A DNA stretch of 6,000 nt from Eledone cirrhosa (taxonomy: Eukaryota). A model generated the notes under the pieces. The model saw only the letters and a list, made by a program, of their open reading frames with translations, was not told the origin of the DNA and did not search any database. The stretch's first letter is position 1. Each line of letters begins with the position of its first letter. Made by a program: the position numbers and the translations under genes. Positions 1 through 6,000 of the stretch are shown here, one piece after another. The DNA is taken from assembly GCA_964016885.1 (NCBI GenBank), contig CAXHJY010000779.1, positions 1-6,000 of the forward strand, read 5' to 3'.

Positions 1-167
1 ATATACATACATATGTATATATGTATGCATAAATATATATATACATATGTATATATACATATATATATATATGTGTGTGTGTGTGTGTATATATATTATT
101 TACGGGTGAATGTTTACGGTATATATACATATATATATATTTACGGTATATATATATATATATATAT
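1..167. repeat. Compound (TA)n/(TG)n microsatellite with TACA/TATG interruptions
   Basis: Direct reading: TA runs, a TG run at about 72-88, and three TTTACGG interruptions (99, 113, 140). Confidence 0.9.
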
Positions 168-307
168 GAGTGGGGGCGTGTCTCAATCTCTTCAGTCCTT
201 CTGCCATCAGACCTGTCCATCAATCTGTCTTGTCATTTGACCACGCCCCTTATATACAGAGTTTGGGTTATTTGTGTGATAGAGAGAGCGTGACAGATAG
301 TTAGGAG

Positions 308-1016
308 TTGTGTGTGTGTGTGTGTGTGTGTGTGTTTGTATGTATGTGTGTGTATCAGTCTGTATGTGTGTGTTTGTGTCAGTCTGTGTGTGTATGTGTA
401 TTAGTGTCTGTCTTTGTGTTTGTGTATGCATATATGTCTGTGTGTGTATATGTGTGTGTGTGTCAGTCTGTGTTTGTGTGTGTGTGCCTGTATGTGTCTG
501 TATATATGTGTGTATGAGTGTGTCTGTATAGATGTGTGTGTATGTGTGTGTGTGAGTGAGTCAATGCGTGTGTGTGTGTGATAGAGAGAGCGTAGCAGAC
601 AGTTTGTCTGTGTGTGTGACTGTCTCTTGTGTGTGTGTGTATATATATATATATATGTGTGTGCGTGTGTCTGTGTCTATATATATATATGTGTGTGTGT
701 GTGCTTGTGTGTGTGTGTCTGTATACTTGTGTGTGTCTATATATATATATATGTGTCTGTGTGCTTGTGTGTGTGTCTGTGTGCTTGTCTGTGTGTCTAT
801 ATATATATATGTGTCTGTGTGCTTCTGTGTGTGTATGTGTCTATATATATCTGTGTGTGTGTGTGCGTGTGTGTGTGTGTGTCTCTGGTTCTATATATAT
901 GTGTGTGTGTCTGTGTGTCTCTCTATATATATATATATGTGTGTGTGTGTCTGTGTGCGTGTGTGTGTGCGTGTGTGTCTCTGGTTCTATATATGTGTAT
1001 GTGTGTGTGTGTGTGT
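308..1016. repeat. Degenerate (TG)n array with TCTG variants, changing to (TG)n-CT-(AT)n compound units after about 630
   Basis: Long TG runs; recurring GTCAGTCTG, GTGCTTGT and TGTCTATATATA motifs; CTCTGGTTCTATATATG/A twice (about 883 and 979). Confidence 0.9.
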
Positions 1017-1316
1017 GTATCTACATATATATATCTGTGTATGTGTGTGTGTGTATGTGTATCTACACATATATATATATATATATATATGTGTGTATGT
1101 GTATCTACACATATATATGTGTGTGTGTGTGTATGTGTATCTACACATATATATGTGTGTGTGTGTGTATGTGTATCTACACATATATATGTGTGTGTGT
1201 GTGTATGTGTGTGTGTGTATGTGTATCTACATATATATATATGTGTGTGTATGTGTGTGTGTGTGTATCTACACATATATATGTGTGTGTATGTGTGTGT
1301 GTGTATGTGTATCTAC

Positions 1317-1348
<32 letters not shown>

Positions 1349-1760
1349 ATGTGTATCTACACATATATATGTGTGTGTGTGTGTGTGTGTATGTGTATCT
1401 ACACATATATATGTGTGTGTGTGTGTATGTGTATCTACATATATATATATATATATATATGTGTGTGTATGTGTATCTACACATATATATGTGTGTGTAT
1501 GTGTGTGTGTGTATGTGTATCTACATATATATATATATATATATATGTGTGTGTATGTGTATCTACACATATATATGTGTGTGTATGTGTGTGTGTGTAT
1601 GTGTATCTACATATATATATATATATATATATATGTGTGTATGTGTATCTACACATATATATGTGTGTGTGTGTGTGTGTGTATGTGTATCTACACATAT
1701 ATATGTGTGTGTGTGTGTATGTGTATCTACACATATATATATATATGTGTGTGTGTGTGT
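1017..1760. repeat. Compound minisatellite: 18 units of GTGTATCTACA[CA](TA)n(TG)n, mean period about 41 bp
   Basis: TATCTACA core counted 18 times by eye between about 1018 and 1731; unit length varies with the number of TA and TG dinucleotides. Confidence 0.92.
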
Positions 1761-1837
1761 ATTCTCTATTCGTTCCTTATCCCGACTCGGTGTTTTCTTT
1801 CTCTCCTGCTCATAGTTTTTAGTGAAAGTCTACCCTG

Positions 1838-2356
1838 GTGTGTGTGTGTGTGTATATGTCCTGCCTGTGTGTGTGTGTGGGTTTGTGTATGTATAGGTCT
1901 GCCTGTGTGTCTGTGTGTATGTATCTATAGGTCTGTGTGTGTCTGTGTGTCTGTATGTATGTATATGTCTGCCTGTGTGTCTGTGTATGTATGTATAGGT
2001 CTGTGTGTGTATGTATAGGTCTGTGTGTGTATGTGTTTGTGTGTGTTGTGTGTGTATGTATGTCTGCCTGTGTGTCTGTGTATGTATGTATAGGTCTGTG
2101 TGTGTATGTGTTTGTATGTGTGTGTCTGTGTGTGTATGTATAGGTCTGTGTGTATGTGTTTTTGTGTGTGTATGTATAGGTCTGTGTGTGTATGTGTTTG
2201 TGTGTCTGTGTATCTATGTATAGGTCTGTGTGTGTGTGTCTCTGTGTGTATGTATAGGTCTGTGTGTGTGTCTGTGTATGTATGTATATGTCTGTGTGTG
2301 TATGTGTTTGTGTGTGTATGTGATTGTGTGTGTGCGCGTCAGTGTATGTTTGTGTG
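1838..2356. repeat. TG-rich minisatellite with TATAGGTCTG core
   Basis: TAGGTCTG at about 1894, 1928, 1996, 2016, 2091, 2141, 2177, 2221 and 2255 (9 copies), plus TATGTCTG variants, within (TG)n/TATG. Confidence 0.9.
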
Positions 2357-2407
2357 TTTACGAGTGTAATATATTTTTTCCTTATATATAGATATATATC
2401 CGTAATC

Positions 2408-2716
2408 ATATATACATATATACATATGTATGTATGTATATACATATGTATATATGTATATATGTATGTATGTATATACATATGTATGTATGTATGTATA
2501 TATGTATGTATGTATGTATGTATATACATATGTATATATGTATATATGTATATATGTATGTATGTATATATGTATGTATGTATGTATGTCTGTATATATA
2601 TATATACATATCTATGTATGTATGTATATACGTATGTATGTATGTATGTATGTATGTATGTATGTATGTATGTATGTATGTATGTATGTATGTATGTATG
2701 TATATGTATGTGTATA
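2408..2716. repeat. (TATG)n tetranucleotide microsatellite; perfect run of 17 copies at 2633-2700
   Basis: Direct reading; the degenerate left part contains TATACATATG units. Confidence 0.95.
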
Positions 2717-2788
2717 TAACGGCGTGTGCCGCTTTAAGTAAGGGTGGAAAGAATTTTTTTTTTTTCATATTATATATCACATTTATAA

Positions 2789-2877
2789 CACATACACACA
2801 TATATATACACACACACACACATATATATACACACACACACACATATATATATATACACACACACATACATATATAT

Positions 2878-2912
<35 letters not shown>

Positions 2913-2999
2913 CACACACATATATATATATATATACACACACACACATATATATACACACACACACACACATATACATATATATACACACACACACAC

Positions 3000-3048
<49 letters not shown>

Positions 3049-3173
3049 CACACACACATACATATATATACACACACACACATATATATATATATATACA
3101 CACACATATATATATATATACACTCCACACACACATGTATATATATATATGTGTATATATATATATACACACA
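2789..3173. repeat. Compound (CA)n(TA)n microsatellite, opposite polarity to the upstream (TG)n(TA)n arrays
   Basis: Alternating blocks of CA and TA dinucleotides, almost no G on the + strand. Confidence 0.95.
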
Positions 3174-3270
3174 TTATGGTTGATTTTTAATGTTATTAAA
3201 GCTACTGCTACTACTACTACTGTTATTGCTGCTACTACTACTACTAGAATTAAAGCGACTACTACTACTG

Positions 3271-3305
<35 letters not shown>

Positions 3306-3980
3306 GCTACTACTACTACTGCTACTGCTACTACTGCTACTGCTACTACTACTACTACTACTACTGCTTCTGCTACTACTACTGTTATTGCTGCTACTAC
3401 TACTAATAGAATTAAAGCTACTACTACTACTACTGCTATTTCTACCAGTACTAAACTAATTACTACCACCACCGCTACTACTACTATTAACGCTACTATT
3501 ACTACTACTACTACTACTACCACCAAAACTACTACTACTAGTACTTCTACTACTACAACTTCTACTGCTACTACTGCTACTACTACTACTATTAAAACTA
3601 CCACCAAAACTACTACTTCTACTACTACTGCTACTGCTACTACTACTACTGCTACTGCTACTACTACTACTTCTACTACTACTACTACTACTACTACTGC
3701 TACTACTACTAAAACTACCACCAAAACTACTACTACTACTACTTCTACTACTACAACTACTACTTCTACTACTATTACTACTACTAAAACTACCACCAAA
3801 ACTACTACTTCTACTACTACTACTACTAAAACTACCACCAAAACTACTACTCTACTACTACTACTACTTCTACTACAACTACTACTGCTACTACTATTAC
3901 TACTACTAAAACTACCACCAAAACTACTACTTCTACTACTACACACTCCTAACGGCATCGTGCCGCGCGCCTGCCTATAA
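3135..3980 (+). CDS. Thr-rich ORF overlapping the (ACT)n array; more likely a microsatellite artefact than a mucin exon
   Basis: ORF track entry of 281 aa. The start lies in a TA repeat, Thr codons are overwhelmingly ACT, and the frame slips to poly-Leu near 3851. ACT cannot become a stop by one substitution, so the open frame is weak evidence. Confidence 0.12.
3201..3942. repeat. Degenerate (ACT)n [=(TAG)n] trinucleotide array with higher-order subrepeats
   Basis: ACT triplets with GCT/TCT/ATT/AAA/ACC variants. TGTTATTGCTGCT...AGAATTAAAGC occurs twice (about 3206-3256 and 3371-3418). AAAACTACCACCAAAACTACTACT occurs at 3594, 3711, 3786, 3828 and 3908. Confidence 0.93.
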
Positions 3981-3987
3981 CTTCACA

Positions 3988-4134
3988 ACTACTACTACTA
4001 CCACTACTACTGCTACTACCACTACTACTACTACCACTACTACTGCTACTACCACTACCACTACTGCTACTACCACTACTGCTACTGCTACTACTGCTAC
4101 TACTACTACCGCTACTACTGCTACTACTACTACC
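3988..4134. repeat. (ACT/ACC/GCT)n trinucleotide array
   Basis: Direct reading of ACT triplets interspersed with ACC and GCT. Confidence 0.92.
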
Positions 4135-4158
4135 TTTACGAAAACAACACCACCACCG

Positions 4159-4186
4159 CCTTACCTGCCTTCCGCCATTTTCTCAT
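4159..4186 (-). other. Candidate short coding exon end: AAAATGGCGGAAGGCAG|GTAAGG (ATG at 4178-4176, donor GT at 4164-4163)
   Basis: Minus strand shows ATG with A at -3 and G at +4, 14 nt before a near-consensus 5' splice donor CAG|GTAAG. An alternative ATG lies at 4186-4184. Motif match only. Confidence 0.3.
4172..4181 (+). promoter_or_regulatory. YY1/Pho-type motif CCGCCATTTT
   Basis: Matches the established YY1 consensus CGCCATnTT; no functional evidence. Confidence 0.25.
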
Positions 4187-4187
4187 T

Positions 4188-4494
4188 CACACACACACAC
4201 ATATATATATATATGTGTGTGTGTTTGTGTATATATATATATGTGTGTGTGTGTGTTTTTGTGTGTGTATATATATCTGTGTGTGTTTTTGTGTGTATAT
4301 ATATATATGTGTGTGTGTTTGTGTATATATATGTGTGTGTATATATATATGTGTATGTGTGTTTGTGTGTATATATATGTGTGTGTGTGTTTGTGTGTGT
4401 ATATATATATGTGTGTGTTTTTGTGTGTATATATAAACATATACATATGTGTGTGTGTATATATATATACACACACATGTATGTATATATACAT
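4188..4494. repeat. Compound (TG)n(TA)n array with GTTT(TT)G interruptions and CA/TA/TG palindromic ends
   Basis: Direct reading; (CA)n(TA)n(TG)n at about 4188-4223 and (TG)n(TA)n(CA)n at about 4448-4478. Confidence 0.92.
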
Positions 4495-4535
4495 AACGAG
4501 GTATCGATAATTCACCAGTTTCTATCATATTCATA

Positions 4536-5350
4536 ACCACTACTACCACCACAACCACCACCACAACCACCACTACTACTACCACCACAACCACCACCAC
4601 TACTACCAACACCTATACTACCACTACAACCACCACCACAACCACCACCACTACTACCAACACCTATACTACCACTACAACCACCACCACAACCACCACT
4701 ACAACCACCACCACAACCACCACTACTACTACCACTACAACCACCACTATTACTACTAACACCTATACTACCACTACAACCACCACCACAACCACCACTA
4801 CAACCACCACCACAACCACCACTACTACTGACCACTACAACCACCACTATTACTACTAACACCTATACTACCACTACAACCACCACCACAACCACCACTA
4901 CTACTACCACTACAACCACCACCACTACTACCAACACCTATACTACCACTACAACCACCACCACAACCACCACCACTACTACCAACACCTATACTACCAC
5001 TACAACCACCACCACAACCACCACCACTACTATCAATACCTATACTACCACTACAACCACCACTACTACCAACACCTATACTACCACTACAACCACCACC
5101 ACAACCACCACTACTACCAACACTTATACTACCACTACAACCACCACCACTACTACCAACACCTATACTACCACTACAACCACCACCACAACCACCACCA
5201 CTACTACCAACACCTATACTACCACCACAACCACCACCACTACTACCAACACCTATACTACCACTACAACCACCACTACTACTACCACCACAACCTCCAC
5301 TACAACCACCACTACTACTACCAACACCTATACTACCACTACAACCACCA
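4536..5350. repeat. (ACC/ACT/ACA)-based minisatellite with AACACCTATACTACCACTACAACC core, 13 copies
   Basis: CCTATACT at 4612, 4663, 4762, 4862, 4937, 4988, 5039, 5075, 5123 (CTTATACT), 5162, 5213, 5252 and 5327. All spacings are multiples of 3 except one (100). Confidence 0.93.
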
Positions 5351-6000
5351 CCACTAGTACTAGAGCCGGTACTACCACCAACACTACTAGCACCAACACA
5401 ACTAGCACCGCAACCACAACCACCAATAACACTAGCAACACTACTACTACTACTACTACTACTACCAAAACCATCAGCACCACTACCACCAACACTACCA
5501 CCAACACTACTAGCACTACAGCCGGCACAACTACCACTAGAACCTACACTACCACCAACACTACTACCAACACCGCTACTAATAACACCACTAGCACTAC
5601 AACCGGCACAACTACCACTAGAACCAGTACCACCACCACTACTACAAACACTACCACCACCACTACCACTAGTACTACCGCCACCACCACTACTACTAGA
5701 ACCTATACTACCACCACCACCACCACTACTACAAACACTACCACCACCACTACCACTAGTACTACCGCCACCACCACTACTACTAGAACCTATACTACCA
5801 CCGCCACCACCACCACTAGAACCAGTACCACCACCACTACTACCGACACTACCACTACCACCAATACCACTACTACTACTACCACCACCACCACTACTAC
5901 CGCCACCACCACTACTACTAGAGCCTATACTACCACCACCACCACCACTAGAACCAGTACCACCACCACTACTACCGACACTACCACTACCACCAATACC
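4831..6000 (+). CDS. Possible Thr-rich mucin-like exon segment (partial; no start or stop within this span)
   Basis: Frame +1 translates without stops, e.g. TTNTYTTTTT repeats, then TSTRAGTTTNTTSTNTTSTATTTTNNTSN...TRTYTTT...[12 protein letters not shown]. Third-position variants and N-x-T/S sequons are present. A non-coding triplet satellite is equally plausible. Confidence 0.3.
5351..6000. repeat. More diverse ACC/ACT triplet array with internal duplications, running off the window
   Basis: Exact 87-bp tandem duplication (5629-5715 = 5716-5802) and a 63-bp match (5806-5868 = 5938-6000); recurring ACTAGAACC motif. Confidence 0.9.

Noticed and set aside
99-146. TTTACGG three times, with TTTACG also near 2357 and 4135
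   Set aside because: Short motif, most simply explained by local slippage duplication and chance.
300-308. GTTAGGAGT, with reverse complement ACTCCTAAC at 3945-3953, containing the arthropod telomere unit TTAGG
   Set aside because: These are isolated single copies rather than a tandem telomeric array, and a 9-bp match is too short to call terminal inverted repeats.
1017-1760. Regularly spaced constant core resembling a CRISPR repeat-spacer array
   Set aside because: The intervening sequences are only (TA)n(TG)n rather than unique spacers, the core is too short, and there are no cas genes or prokaryotic context.
2732-2765. TTTAA|GTAAGG donor-like site and T-run at 2754-2765
   Set aside because: There is no plausible upstream acceptor, since the preceding TATG array lacks AG. 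The T-run has no adjoining stem or recognisable retroposon body.
13-3183. Many long ORFs rich in C/V/Y/I/M or H/T/Y/I (e.g. 556-1815, 612-2018, 629-1822, 2406-3170)
   Set aside because: These are translations of TG/TA/CA/TATG repeats, which lack stop codons in several frames at once. They show no protein-like composition or domain.
2783-3958. Minus-strand poly-Val ORF (391 aa) and plus-strand poly-Leu ORF 3190-3459
   Set aside because: They are alternative-frame readings of the (ACT)n array; such long uninterrupted hydrophobic runs are implausible as proteins.
3953-3980. GC hairpin followed by CTAT, considered as a Helitron 3' end
   Set aside because: Canonical Helitron ends are CTRR (usually CTAG) with a longer hairpin; no 5' end or Rep/helicase sequence is visible.
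4161-4612. Cluster of overlapping ORFs on both strands
   Set aside because: Dinucleotide and triplet repeat artefacts; only the MAEG/donor end is treated separately.
4512-4862. Minus-strand Gly/Cys/Ser-rich ORF (GGCGGGCSGSIGVGSS) resembling keratin-associated or cuticular proteins
   Set aside because: It is the antisense reading of the ACC/ACA/ACT array, with monotonous GGT/TGT/AGT codons and a non-ATG start. The ORF depends on the single G4830 indel.

Overview
Almost entirely low-complexity DNA that looks eukaryotic. It is a mosaic of compound micro- and minisatellite arrays: (TA)n/(TG)n, an 18-copy TATCTACA-core array, a 9-copy TAGGTCTG-core array, (TATG)n, (CA)n/(TA)n, (ACT)n and (ACC/ACT/ACA)n. 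These are separated by short (about 25-140 bp) unique islands. No recognisable gene, RNA gene, mobile element or CRISPR array is present, and nearly all ORFs in the track are repeat artefacts. The repeat style resembles SSR-rich invertebrate genomes such as cephalopods or decapod crustaceans, but this is inference only. Points worth follow-up: (i) a frame that is open from 4537 to the window end, absent from the ORF track, and Thr-rich (mucin-like) from 4831 with third-position variation; (ii) a minus-strand island at 4159-4186 with AAAATGGCGG (Kozak-like/YY1 motif) followed by a CAG|GTAAGG splice donor; (iii) a TAACGGC..GTGCCGC hairpin motif shared by two islands; (iv) possible phase-1 splice sites on the + strand; (v) two single-base indels shown by comparison with sibling repeats. 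I cannot support a claim of a novel biological system from this sequence alone.
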